DNA of 64,000 bases, taken from assembly GCA_943356525.1 (NCBI GenBank), contig CALRFG010000001.1, forward strand, positions 75,919-139,918, given 5' to 3'. This DNA is from Candidatus Nomurabacteria bacterium (GTDB taxonomy: Bacteria; Patescibacteriota; Minisyncoccia; Phycocordibacterales; CAIZLB01). Made by a program: the position numbers and the translations under genes. Shown here in pieces: positions 47,523 to 59,712 of the stretch (position 1 is its first letter; each line of letters starts with the position of its first letter). The notes under the pieces were generated by a model, which saw only the letters and a list, made by a program, of their open reading frames with translations, had not been told where the DNA came from and searched no databases.

Positions 47523-50147
47523 ATGAAAAAAATATTTTTATCTTTTATATTATTATTAAATTTATTCTTCATCTCCAATACAGCACACGCTCAATATGAA
47601 ATATATCTAACTTCTATTAAATTAGATGTAAGTACGTATGAAGTTGGAGATAAAATTAGCGGTAATTTTGATCTACATAACCTGTCTGTAACATCACAGT
47701 CTGATATCTACTACAACATATATACCGGTTCATACGATGAAAAAACTCTTCAAACAACAACTGTTCAAGGTTTATCTACTAAAGTAGGCCCAGTCTATCT
47801 AAATGGTAAGGATAAGAAAAATATAAAATTTGACTATACATTACCTCTGAGTCTAAGCGGTAAAGCTGCAGTTAAAATAGTTGCTACATTAAAAGATGGT
47901 ACTTTGGTAGGTCAAGATTTTTTACCCATAACTATAACAGGTTCTGCAAAAAGTGAACAAGTTAATATAGAAGATGTTTACCTAAGACTCAATGAACAAG
48001 ATCTTGATGTTTCTCCTGGAGTAGGCCCTATGGTATATGACAAAGAAACTATATCTTACATATATAGTGTATCTACAACAACTAAAGAATATATACTTAC
48101 TCCCACCCTAAATCTATACAATAGAGCTGATAATGCAGAAGCTCTCGTTAAAACAATTGTTTTACCTGAAATAAAGACAAGTAAAACAGAGGTTATAGAG
48201 GTAAAAGTTGATCTACCTACAGACATGGATCCACTTGTTTACTATGGAGTGATTTCATTTGCATCAAAAGATATGGCTGAAATGTCACCAGTAAATTTTA
48301 GATATATAATCGCAGGACCAATAGCGACTATAAGAAACATAAACACAGATGTCTTAGAAACAGTAAAAGGAACAGAAATACCTTTTACAGTTGCTTACGG
48401 AAGACAACCTATAGATGAAATAAGACCTGAAAAACAAATAGCATCAGCAACAACAACTTTGTTTGTAACTATAAAAAATGAAAAGAATGAAATTGTTGGA
48501 AGTATAGAAAAACAGCTTGATCCAAACAAAGACACAATAAACCTTTCTATTACTTCAAAAGTAAAATCAAAGTCTCTATCTTTTGAAGCTGAGATTAAAA
48601 GTCTTGATGGAAAAGTTTTAAGTACATATAAAACATCCTTACCACCAAAAGAAGTTACAGATAATAAAAAAGATTTTAATGTTGTTTATTATTACATTGC
48701 AATATTGGGTTCACTTTTGATATTGTTCTCTATATTTAGATATAAGCATAAGTTTGGACTTAAAAAAATAAATTCCAAAACTAAGAAAGTGTTAATGATT
48801 GCGATGTTGTTTTTGTCAGGTTATGTTGGGGTTAATGCTGAGGCTGAAGTTCTTGAGTCAAATAATAGGGATGGCTTTAATATAACATCAGTATCTTCAC
48901 CTTATCCAAATACTATAGGTATTAACTATTCACCAGGTCAAGCTTTTAATCTATCATTCAATGTTAGCTATAGTGATTGTAATAATAATGTAGTGGATAT
49001 GAAAGCATATGCTGCAAACGGAACAGACGTCGGCTGGAATGGAGATCTAAACTGGTGGACAAATGGTGGAAACGCCACCCTTTTATTAAATCAAAGAAAG
49101 CAAGACGCTTGTAAATATACATGGTATGGTAAGAAAAAATGTCGTCATGATTTTCCTGTCCAAAATTTTACTTTATCCAAAACATACACAGCATCAACTG
49201 CTCCTGGAAATCACAGTATATATTTTTATGTTCATCAGAGAGGTAACTCTGGAAATAAATACATACTTGCAAGACAAACATATTGTGTGGTGGGGGCAGG
49301 TCTTTGTGTTGGAGAGCCTCGTATAATTCCAGACCTATGCCCAAACCTTGAAGGGGTACAAGCTACTATACCTGCAGGATTTGAATTGACTAACGGTCAA
49401 TGTGTACCTATTATTCCAGATATATGTCCAAACATTTCTGAAACACAAGCTTCGATACCTGCAGCAATGGAGTTGATTAATGGTAAATGTGAATATCCGA
49501 TAACTTATGCTTGCGTTAACAGAAACAGTGTTGCTACACAAAATGGTGTGACAATTTCAGATGACAAGAGTGCTGAATGTAATCTAAATGCGTATTGTAG
49601 TGCGACAGTTATCGGAGAAGAAGTTAAGTTCACAGTTGTACCCTTGAAGGACATTGCTACAACAACATACCAAACTAATGGTTATCAAGATATAATACAA
49701 AATCCAGGAACATCCTGGACATACTCAGTTCCAAATAATAAATCGGATCAGACCATGAATGTTACTGTAACAGACAGTTTTGATAACACATCAAAAACTG
49801 TAACATGTAACGCTGATACAAGAGTAACAACCACAAATAATAATCCAACAATAGCTACGAAACCAAATATAACGATAACAAAAAAACCCCTAGTAACCTT
49901 AGATAAAGGTGGAGATTGTACATTGTTATGGAAAATAGAAAATATGCCAGCAAACACAGTCTGTACTTTGAGTAGTATAGGTATTCGAAACGGTCCTATC
50001 ACTATAACCGATGAGTTAAAATCTTACAAAGCAAGCGGTATACAATCAAATACAGAGTTTAAGATAACCTGTGCAGGACCTAACCTAACTACTTCTCTGA
50101 CTGAAACTGAGATATGTCGTGTTAATTCTGAAGTTAAGGAAATATAA
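47523..50147 (+). CDS. Large surface protein (signal peptide, beta-rich domains, central TM pair, Cys-rich repeats)
   Basis: AHA cleavage site; two central hydrophobic segments; DxCPN..Q..IP....NGxC repeat x2. Confidence 0.75.
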   Translation: MKKIFLSFILLLNLFFISNTAHAQYEIYLTSIKLDVSTYEVGDKISGNFDLHNLSVTSQSDIYYNIYTGSYDEKTLQTTTVQGLSTKVGPVYLNGKDKKNIKFDYTLPLSLSGKAAVKIVATLKDGTLVGQDFLPITITGSAKSEQVNIEDVYLRLNEQDLDVSPGVGPMVYDKETISYIYSVSTTTKEYILTPTLNLYNRADNAEALVKTIVLPEIKTSKTEVIEVKVDLPTDMDPLVYYGVISFASKDMAEMSPVNFRYIIAGPIATIRNINTDVLETVKGTEIPFTVAYGRQPIDEIRPEKQIASATTTLFVTIKNEKNEIVGSIEKQLDPNKDTINLSITSKVKSKSLSFEAEIKSLDGKVLSTYKTSLPPKEVTDNKKDFNVVYYYIAILGSLLILFSIFRYKHKFGLKKINSKTKKVLMIAMLFLSGYVGVNAEAEVLESNNRDGFNITSVSSPYPNTIGINYSPGQAFNLSFNVSYSDCNNNVVDMKAYAANGTDVGWNGDLNWWTNGGNATLLLNQRKQDACKYTWYGKKKCRHDFPVQNFTLSKTYTASTAPGNHSIYFYVHQRGNSGNKYILARQTYCVVGAGLCVGEPRIIPDLCPNLEGVQATIPAGFELTNGQCVPIIPDICPNISETQASIPAAMELINGKCEYPITYACVNRNSVATQNGVTISDDKSAECNLNAYCSATVIGEEVKFTVVPLKDIATTTYQTNGYQDIIQNPGTSWTYSVPNNKSDQTMNVTVTDSFDNTSKTVTCNADTRVTTTNNNPTIATKPNITITKKPLVTLDKGGDCTLLWKIENMPANTVCTLSSIGIRNGPITITDELKSYKASGIQSNTEFKITCAGPNLTTSLTETEICRVNSEVKEI

Positions 50148-50227
50148 TATAACTGAAGAATATTCAGTTGATGAAAGTAGATAGGTAAAACATTTTCTGT
50201 TTTACAATTTAATGATATAATTAAAAC

Positions 50228-51436
50228 ATGATTTTCTCATACAAAGCGATCGATGCAACAAATGTACCAATGACTGGTACTATAGAAACAATCAACAAAG
50301 AACAAGCTATAACATCTCTTCAAAAAAGAGGTTACACTATACTTTCTGTAGAATCTGCTGAAGAAAAAAAAGGATTATTTGATAAAAGTTTTAATCTTTT
50401 TGCAGCTGTCAAAAATAAAGACATTGTTATACTTTCTAAACAAATGTCTACGCTATTTACTGCACAAGTTTCAGCCTTACGAATCTTTCAACTATTGTCC
50501 GCCGAGATGGAGAAGCCTTCACTCAGAGATATACTTATAGGTATATCAGATGACATACAAACTGGCTCATCTATATCAAGTGCTTTATCAAAATATCCAA
50601 AAGTTTTCAATAATTTCTACGTAAATATGGTTAAGGCTGGTGAAGAGTCAGGTAAGTTGGATCAAACTTTTGAATACCTGGCTGATTATATGGAAAGAAA
50701 CTACGAAGTTTCATCTAAAGTAAAAAATGCTTTAATATACCCAGCTTTTGTTATAGCAACTTTTATTACCGTTATGGTTCTAATGTTAACTGTTGTTATT
50801 CCAAAGATTTCTTCTATTATCATTGATTCAGGGCAAGAGATTCCTATATATACAAAAGTGGTTATAGCAGCATCAGATTTTTTGATAAATTTTGGTCCAT
50901 TATTTTTGGTCATAATCGTTCTAGGGGGGTTCATTATAGTTAGATATTTTTTATCTGGGAAAAGTAAGAACTTTATATCCCATATAAAGCTTCAGTTACC
51001 CTATATTTCAAATCTATATAAAAAATTATATTTATCTCGTATTTCAGATAATATGAATACTATGTTAACCTCAGGTATACCTATGGTTAAGTCCTTGGAG
51101 TTGACTGCTAATGTTCTTGATAATGTTGTATACGAAGATATGATGAATAACGTTATAGAAGATGTAAAGGCAGGTTTTCCTTTGTCTACGGCTTTCGGTA
51201 AGCATCCAGAGGTACCAGGTATACTTGTTGCTATGACAGCTGTTGGAGAGGAAACGGGAGAGGTAGGTGCCATGCTTAAAACTTTGGCTCGTTTTTATCA
51301 GAAAGAGGTTATGAATGCAGTGGACACATTGGTTGACCTTATTGAACCAATGATGATTGTAATGCTAGGTTTAGGTGTTGGATTTTTACTAGCATCTGTT
51401 TTGATACCAATATATAATATATCTTCAAGTATATAA
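50228..51436 (+). CDS. pilC: Type IV pilus platform PilC/GspF
   Basis: AGEESGKL, ALIYP, VGEETG, IEPMMI. Confidence 0.95.
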   Translation: MIFSYKAIDATNVPMTGTIETINKEQAITSLQKRGYTILSVESAEEKKGLFDKSFNLFAAVKNKDIVILSKQMSTLFTAQVSALRIFQLLSAEMEKPSLRDILIGISDDIQTGSSISSALSKYPKVFNNFYVNMVKAGEESGKLDQTFEYLADYMERNYEVSSKVKNALIYPAFVIATFITVMVLMLTVVIPKISSIIIDSGQEIPIYTKVVIAASDFLINFGPLFLVIIVLGGFIIVRYFLSGKSKNFISHIKLQLPYISNLYKKLYLSRISDNMNTMLTSGIPMVKSLELTANVLDNVVYEDMMNNVIEDVKAGFPLSTAFGKHPEVPGILVAMTAVGEETGEVGAMLKTLARFYQKEVMNAVDTLVDLIEPMMIVMLGLGVGFLLASVLIPIYNISSSI

Positions 51437-51450
51437 AATTACAAATAATA

Positions 51451-52083
51451 ATGAAAATTAATTTATTAAATAATAATATATATAAAAATATAAAAAATAT
51501 AGGCTTTACTATCGTTGAATTGATGGTCGTGGTTGGTATTATGACAGTCATAAGCTCATTAATACTTTTCAATAGTTCAAATCTAAATAGTAGTGTATTA
51601 CTTTCAAACACTGCTTATGAAATTGGGCTTATTATAAGAGATGCACAGGTGGCAGGTCTCGGTGCTAAAGTTATAGCATCTGATGGAAATCAAAACGCAG
51701 CAACAACGTCAAATCAAGGTGTGTATTTTGATATAGCAAATTCACAACAGATTATCTTCTTTGCAGATTTAAATAAGGATAATACTTATAATAATAATGA
51801 AAAAAGCCAGGTTTACATTATAGAAAATAAAGCTGGTAAAGTTTTAAGTATATGTAAGCCAAAATCAAATAATACTTGTACCGATATTATAGAAAATGTA
51901 AGTATTATCTTTAAAAGACCAAATCCTGAGGCGTATTTTTACCCAAAAGAAGAGAATAGTCCCTCAGGCTATCAAGGCAATATTACTATAAATATAGGTT
52001 TTGATAATGGTGAGTGTAGATCTATAACTATTTATAAAACAGGTGGTATACAAATAGATAAAATCTTTTGTCCAACTCGATAA
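51451..52083 (+). CDS. Minor pilin (FimT/GspH-like)
   Basis: G/FTIVELMVV class III signal. Confidence 0.85.
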   Translation: MKINLLNNNIYKNIKNIGFTIVELMVVVGIMTVISSLILFNSSNLNSSVLLSNTAYEIGLIIRDAQVAGLGAKVIASDGNQNAATTSNQGVYFDIANSQQIIFFADLNKDNTYNNNEKSQVYIIENKAGKVLSICKPKSNNTCTDIIENVSIIFKRPNPEAYFYPKEENSPSGYQGNITINIGFDNGECRSITIYKTGGIQIDKIFCPTR

Positions 52084-52094
52084 ATTAATAATAT

Positions 52095-52775
52095 ATGAAA
52101 AATAAATTTTCTAAAATTAATAAAAAACATAGCAACAAAGGTTTCACCTTAATTGAAACGTTGGTTTCTCTCGGTTTGCTTGCGATGATTCTTGTTATTT
52201 CTGGAGGGACTGTGGTTTCAGTTTTAGATATAAATAAAAGAAATCTAGCAATATCCTCCGTAGTAAATAATCTAAACTATTCTATAGATTCTATGATACG
52301 AGATATAAAAACAGGATATATGTATAAATGCAATTATGCAGGTAATAATACTATTGCAGGTATAAAAAATGATATCAATGAGACATCACCGACTCCTGCA
52401 GACTGTGTTGACGGTGATAGCATAACTTTAATATCAACCATATCTGGTATAGACACTGTTGTTAAATACGAATTTAGTAATAATCAGCAAAAAAATAAAT
52501 ATATAAAAAAAACAGTGTATGATACTTCAGGAATTGCAACTTCATATAGTATAACTGATAATAATAATGTAAATGTTGATAGTTTAAAATTTACAGTTAA
52601 AAATCCTGATGCTTTGGATTGTAGTAAAACAATTTGTGATTATGGTCAACCGTCTGTTGCTATAGTTATAAAAGGTAAAGCAGGTAATCTAAATTTAGAG
52701 GTATCAAATTTTTATCTACAAACTTTTATCTCACAAAGATTAATACATTTAACAGATTTTAAATCCACTCCTTAA
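52095..52775 (+). CDS. Minor pilin (PilW-like)
   Basis: G/FTLIETLV; MIRDIK. Confidence 0.85.
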   Translation: MKNKFSKINKKHSNKGFTLIETLVSLGLLAMILVISGGTVVSVLDINKRNLAISSVVNNLNYSIDSMIRDIKTGYMYKCNYAGNNTIAGIKNDINETSPTPADCVDGDSITLISTISGIDTVVKYEFSNNQQKNKYIKKTVYDTSGIATSYSITDNNNVNVDSLKFTVKNPDALDCSKTICDYGQPSVAIVIKGKAGNLNLEVSNFYLQTFISQRLIHLTDFKSTP

Positions 52776-52779
52776 TAAT

Positions 52780-53349
52780 ATGAAAAAAAATATATCACAT
52801 AAACAAAAAGGTTTTACTTTAATTGAGACACTACTAGCTCTTTTCATTTTAACTTTGTCTATCACTGGACCTGTGTATATTGCTTCTGTTGCTTTTCGTA
52901 ACACAATAGATAGTCGTGATAATATTACAGCGCAATATTTAGCAGAAGAAGTTGTTGAGGTTATAAGAAACAAAAGAGATAAAATATCATTATCAAATAA
53001 TATAGTTAATTGGCTGAGTGATATTGAAGGTTGTACTATTACTACTCCATGTCATATGGTAAGTAATCTGAATACATACACTTTTTACCAATGTCCCAAT
53101 GGATGTCCAAATATATCCTTTAACCCAAGTGGTAGCTCTGTTTATGGAGATTCAGGAGTTGCTAATACATCAAAATTTATTAGAGAATTTTATATTGAAA
53201 ATGAAGCAGTAGTAGATGGTCAAATTTTAAGTTATAAATTAGTGGTAAACATGAGATGGAGTGATAAAGGAAGAGATAAAATATATTCTTTAACAGAAAG
53301 ATTATATAAAATTGATTATAAACAATTTTTTTACCCTGATTCAAATTAA
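52780..53349 (+). CDS. Minor pilin (PilV-like)
   Basis: G/FTLIETLLA; AQYLAEEVVEVIR. Confidence 0.85.
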   Translation: MKKNISHKQKGFTLIETLLALFILTLSITGPVYIASVAFRNTIDSRDNITAQYLAEEVVEVIRNKRDKISLSNNIVNWLSDIEGCTITTPCHMVSNLNTYTFYQCPNGCPNISFNPSGSSVYGDSGVANTSKFIREFYIENEAVVDGQILSYKLVVNMRWSDKGRDKIYSLTERLYKIDYKQFFYPDSN

Positions 53350-53360
53350 ATATAAATACT

Positions 53361-53954
53361 ATGGATAAAATTTTTAATAAATTAAAAAAAATGAAATATA
53401 GAAACCGTAAGAAAGGTGTAGCCTTAGTTATTGCTCTAACTGTTATGACTTTACTATTATCTATATCTTTTTCCTTATCAAATATAGTTTTAAGGCAGAT
53501 AAAAACCACATATATGATTAATGCATCAAAACCCGCATTCTTTACAGCTGATTCAGCTATAGAATGTGCTATGTATCATGATACTAAGAAAATTTTTGAT
53601 AATGGTGGAAATGACACAAATAAAGATTTTGGTACATCTATATTTGGATCGACAACAGATAACCAATATGCTACAGACCAAATACGATGTGGTGACCTTG
53701 TTATAGGAACAGATAAAGGTAAGCCTTTAGGTTTAACTAAAACTAGAAATACTGAACAAACCAAAGTAATCACAACCTTTGACGTCGTCTATGGTGATAA
53801 ATGCGCCAAAGTCGAAGTTACCAGAACTGATCTTAATACATTGATAGCCGCAAGAGGTTATAATACAGGTGCAAACGAAGCTAAAACCGGTTGCGACTTA
53901 ACTAACATAGATGCTCGGAGATTGGTTGAAAGAGGTTTAACTATTACTTATTAA
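53361..53954 (+). CDS. Minor pilin (PilX-like)
   Basis: G/VALVIAL lacking Glu5; AFFTADSAIECA. Confidence 0.8.
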   Translation: MDKIFNKLKKMKYRNRKKGVALVIALTVMTLLLSISFSLSNIVLRQIKTTYMINASKPAFFTADSAIECAMYHDTKKIFDNGGNDTNKDFGTSIFGSTTDNQYATDQIRCGDLVIGTDKGKPLGLTKTRNTEQTKVITTFDVVYGDKCAKVEVTRTDLNTLIAARGYNTGANEAKTGCDLTNIDARRLVERGLTITY

Positions 53955-53957
53955 TGA

Positions 53958-56269
<2,312 letters not shown>

Positions 56270-56272
56270 ATA

Positions 56273-56494
56273 TTATTTAAAACCTTTGGCTAATTTATCT
56301 AAATCACCTTTTAATAATTTACCAGCCTTTGCTTCACCTTTTGCTTTTAAAATATGTTGTACAAATACATCTTCCTTCATGTTTTGAATAGCACGTCTAA
56401 CAAGATCAGCTTTACTTGAAGCTTCTCCTAGTTTTACTTGATTATCTATAAAATCATTCAATTCATTTGTTATTGGTATAGTTATTGTTGTCAT
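56273..56494 (-). CDS. RHH antitoxin (ParD/CopG-like)
   Basis: TTITIPIT..FIDNQVKLG..SKADLVRRAI. Confidence 0.82.
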   Translation of the reverse strand: MTTITIPITNELNDFIDNQVKLGEASSKADLVRRAIQNMKEDVFVQHILKAKGEAKAGKLLKGDLDKLAKGFK

Positions 56495-56495
56495 G

Positions 56496-56529
56496 TACTA
56501 TAGTATAGTACTATAGAATAGTAAGTCAA
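56496..56529 (-). promoter_or_regulatory. TA promoter with tandem operator-like palindromes
   Basis: TTGACT, 16 bp spacer, TATACT; two TACTAT-N3-ATAGTA sites. Confidence 0.65.
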
Positions 56530-56593
56530 GTTTGTGATTTTTGGGGATATATATGGGATTTATATAGTCATATAAATATGCTAAACTGCATAT

Positions 56594-56908
56594 ATGACCA
56601 CTAATTCAAACATAAATGAATCAGATATAACGAAACTAGCCAACTTATCTCGTATAAGTTTAACTGATACTGAAACTACAAAATTTGCTAAAGACTTACA
56701 AACTATAGTGGGTATGATTGATGTTGTAAATAGTACTGAGATATCAGATGAGCTTTTAAAACAAGAAGGATTTGCACCAACAAATGTCACCAGAGAGGAT
56801 ATCTCAAGAGAAACTGACTACATATCAGCACAAGATATTGTTAAAGCTTCCCCAAACCACCAAGACAACTCTATAAAAGTAAAAAAAATATTAGCCGATA
56901 ACGAATAA
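56594..56908 (+). CDS. gatC: Asp/Glu-tRNA amidotransferase subunit C
   Basis: ITKLANLSRI, NVTRED, IKVKKIL; upstream of gatA. Confidence 0.88.
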   Translation: MTTNSNINESDITKLANLSRISLTDTETTKFAKDLQTIVGMIDVVNSTEISDELLKQEGFAPTNVTREDISRETDYISAQDIVKASPNHQDNSIKVKKILADNE

Positions 56909-56912
56909 AACT

Positions 56913-58343
56913 ATGATACAAAATATTCAAGAATTTCATTCAAAATTAATAGATAAAAAAATAACCGTTTCAGAGTTAGTTTCTTATTATTTAAAAAATA
57001 TTGAAGATAAAAATCAAAATTTAAATATATATTTAGAAGTTTTTTCTGATGCGATGGACTATGCAAAAAAGTGCGATACAGAGCTAGAAAATAAATCAAT
57101 AGATGAAATCACAAAAATATTAGAAGATAAAAAACTTTTTGGAGTACCTGTTGCAATAAAAGATAATATCCTTATAAAAGGAAAGATAGCCTCATCATCA
57201 TCAAAGATTCTAGAAAATTATGTAGCTAGTTATGATGCCACCGTTATTATAAAGTTGAGAGATGCTGGTGCAATATTCTTAGGAAGAGTAAATATGGATG
57301 AATTTGCCATGGGAGGTTCTACAGAAAACTCTGCATACGGTGTAACAAAAAACCCATTGAATACAGAATATGTTGCAGGAGGTTCGTCAGGTGGTTCAGC
57401 TGCTGCTGTTTCTGCTGACATGTGTCTTGTAGCTCTTGGGTCTGACACTGGTGGTTCTATAAGGCAACCTGCATCTTACAATGGTATATCAGCATTGAAG
57501 CCAACTTATGGTTCAGTGTCTCGTCATGGTCTTATGGCTATGGCATCTTCATTTGATGTTATAGGTCCATTTAGTAAAGATATAGAAGATGTAAAAAAAG
57601 TATTTGATATTATCAAAGGTGTTGATGACAAAGACTCTACAACTCATATTTTGTTGGAACCAATGTCTAAAAGTAAAATAAAAGTTGGAGTACCAAATGA
57701 ATTTATATTTACAGAAGGTGTAAGTGATGAGGTTAAAGAAAGTATAAAAAATACTATAGAAAAATTAACCCAAAAAGGCATTGAGGTAATTGATATATCT
57801 ATTCCGCTTTTAAAAGAAGCTTTGGCACTCTACTATATACTTGTTCCTGCAGAGGTTTCTTCAAATATGGCAAGATATGATGGTATAAGATATGGAAAAT
57901 CTATAGACACAAAAAATGGTATAGAAGACTATATGCAAACTAGGGGGCAATTGCTTGGCGCAGAAGTTAAGAGAAGAATTATTCTTGGTACATATATACT
58001 ATCAGCCGGTTATCATGATGCCTATTATAAAAAAGCACTTATATTGCGTGAAAAATTGACACAAGATATAAAAGAAAAATTTAAAGATATTGATGTTATT
58101 TTGACACCAACAACACCAGATACAGCTTTCAAGATTGGTGAAAAGATAACAGATCCTCTTACGCTTTATCTAGCTGATATCTTTACTGTTACAGCTAACC
58201 TGGTTGGTATGCCCGCTATATCTATTCCGTATAAAAATGATAAAGATGAAAATGGTACTGAAAATAAAATGCCACTTGGTTTACAATTTATGGCGAATAC
58301 TGATGATGAAAATGTATTATTTTCTATAGCAAAAGTGTTATAA
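56913..58343 (+). CDS. gatA: Asp/Glu-tRNA amidotransferase subunit A
   Basis: NMDEFAMGGSTE, GGSSGGSA, GSDTGGSIRQPA, RYDG. Confidence 0.97.
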   Translation: MIQNIQEFHSKLIDKKITVSELVSYYLKNIEDKNQNLNIYLEVFSDAMDYAKKCDTELENKSIDEITKILEDKKLFGVPVAIKDNILIKGKIASSSSKILENYVASYDATVIIKLRDAGAIFLGRVNMDEFAMGGSTENSAYGVTKNPLNTEYVAGGSSGGSAAAVSADMCLVALGSDTGGSIRQPASYNGISALKPTYGSVSRHGLMAMASSFDVIGPFSKDIEDVKKVFDIIKGVDDKDSTTHILLEPMSKSKIKVGVPNEFIFTEGVSDEVKESIKNTIEKLTQKGIEVIDISIPLLKEALALYYILVPAEVSSNMARYDGIRYGKSIDTKNGIEDYMQTRGQLLGAEVKRRIILGTYILSAGYHDAYYKKALILREKLTQDIKEKFKDIDVILTPTTPDTAFKIGEKITDPLTLYLADIFTVTANLVGMPAISIPYKNDKDENGTENKMPLGLQFMANTDDENVLFSIAKVL

Positions 58344-58352
58344 TTAAAACAT

Positions 58353-59198
58353 ATGGCCTCGGATATAAAACCTGAAAAAAAAGAAGCTCCTTTGGGGGTA
58401 AAAAAACCAGCTCCAATCTCAGGTATTTTATGGGAAGAAGTTTTACTTTTGATCCTTGGCATTATAGCTTTACTTTTTGTTTTTATACCAAGAATTTTCC
58501 CACAAGAAAATACTACAACAAACATAGGCTCAAACCAAACTCAAAACCAATCGTTTAATATAAAAGAAACATACAATAATATATTTAAAGAACGAAATGA
58601 AGTGGTTCGTGATAATAGTGGTCAACTTGTAGAAATAAAAAACCCGAGTTTATTGGATGAGAGTAGTTTAAGATTTAGTGATTTTATACAAAATACAGTA
58701 AAAATAGTTTTTTCTGTATTGATATTTTTAATATTACTTTTCTCTGCAATTATTTATTATAACAAATTTAGAAAAGAATTGATTGTTGCGGCCTATAAGA
58801 AAAATTTTGCACCAGAGGAAAAAGATCTTGATACAAAAAACGAAAAGATTTTGGAGAAGTCTGAACCAGACAATAACGGTATTATAAATCCACGATGGCA
58901 AGTTATTGGCAGATACTACAATTCTGCAAATCCTTCAGATTGGAAACTTGCAGTTATTGAAGCTGATATTATGCTTTATGAAGTTTTAGATAAAAGTGGT
59001 TTCCCCGGGGACTCTATAGGTGAGATGTTGAAAAATACAGACAGGTCAAAACTACAAACTTTAGACCTTGCATGGTCAGCCCATAAGATACGAAATGAAA
59101 TAGCGCACAGTGGTTTGGATTATATACTAACAAGACATACTATAGAGCAGGCTATTGGAAATTATGAGAAGGTTTTTGAAGAGTTAAATTTTATTTAG
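58353..59198 (+). CDS. Two-TM protein with C-terminal HEPN-like Rx4H motif
   Basis: 2 TM; LAVIEAD..; KIRNEIAH. Confidence 0.6.
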   Translation: MASDIKPEKKEAPLGVKKPAPISGILWEEVLLLILGIIALLFVFIPRIFPQENTTTNIGSNQTQNQSFNIKETYNNIFKERNEVVRDNSGQLVEIKNPSLLDESSLRFSDFIQNTVKIVFSVLIFLILLFSAIIYYNKFRKELIVAAYKKNFAPEEKDLDTKNEKILEKSEPDNNGIINPRWQVIGRYYNSANPSDWKLAVIEADIMLYEVLDKSGFPGDSIGEMLKNTDRSKLQTLDLAWSAHKIRNEIAHSGLDYILTRHTIEQAIGNYEKVFEELNFI

Positions 59199-59247
59199 GT
59201 TGATTTTTACCCAAAATTAAGTTATTATATTAAAACGTCCAACAAAT

Positions 59248-59319
59248 AGCGGGATGTCAGTAACAGTAACTGGCCAGGCTCATAACCTGGAGATCTTGGT
59301 GCAAATCCGAGTCCCGCAA
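59248..59319 (+). tRNA. tRNA-Met(CAT), probable initiator, atypical
   Basis: agcggga/tcccgca with 1:72 mismatch; ccagg-ctCATaa-cctgg; T-loop TGCAAAT. Confidence 0.82.
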
Positions 59320-59337
59320 CAAGCAAATGCTTATCAC

Positions 59338-59414
59338 GTCTGTGTAGCTCAGTCGGTTAGAGCGTGGGACTCATAAGCCCAAGGTCGAAGGTTCGATTCC
59401 TTCCACAGACACCA
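59338..59414 (+). tRNA. tRNA(CAT), elongator Met (Ile2 not excluded)
   Basis: gtctgtg/cacagac, ctCATaa loop, encoded CCA. Confidence 0.9.
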
Positions 59415-59484
59415 GTGTGGTAAAAACACACTTGAGAATGACCATTTATTATGTTAATAATAGATGTATCCACACAAATATAAT

Positions 59485-59558
59485 GCGGTGGTAGCTCAGC
59501 TGGTTAGAGCGTCCGCCTGTCACGCGGAAGGTCGTGGGTTCAAGTCCCATTCACCGCG
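59485..59558 (+). tRNA. tRNA-Asp(GTC)
   Basis: gcggtgg/tcaccgc, tccgc-ctGTCac-gcgga, G discriminator. Confidence 0.95.
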
Positions 59559-59565
59559 CATTAAT

Positions 59566-59588
59566 AAAATCCCCGAGAGGGGATTTTT
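59566..59588 (+). terminator. Terminator after the tRNA cluster
   Basis: aaaatcccc-gaga-ggggatttt. Confidence 0.8.
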
Positions 59589-59592
59589 GTTT

Positions 59593-59666
59593 GCAAGGTG
59601 AGGAAAATATCCTCATGCTTTGTGTAATGAAGTAGCAGACTTCAAGTCCTATTAACCACGTATTAA
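59593..59666 (+). repeat. tRNA-tailored element E (Asp), degenerate
   Basis: TGTAAT-GAAGTA-GCA-GACTTC overlapping a 22/26 direct copy of 59539-59564. Confidence 0.65.
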
Positions 59667-59712
59667 ACAAAAATATTCCAATTGAGGTATTTTGTTATAT
59701 AATAATATCTAT

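Noticed and set aside
59415-59475. GTGTGG/CCACAC-bounded spacer as a tRNA or ncRNA
   Set aside because: No T-loop or anticodon arm; probably a pre-tRNA spacer structure.
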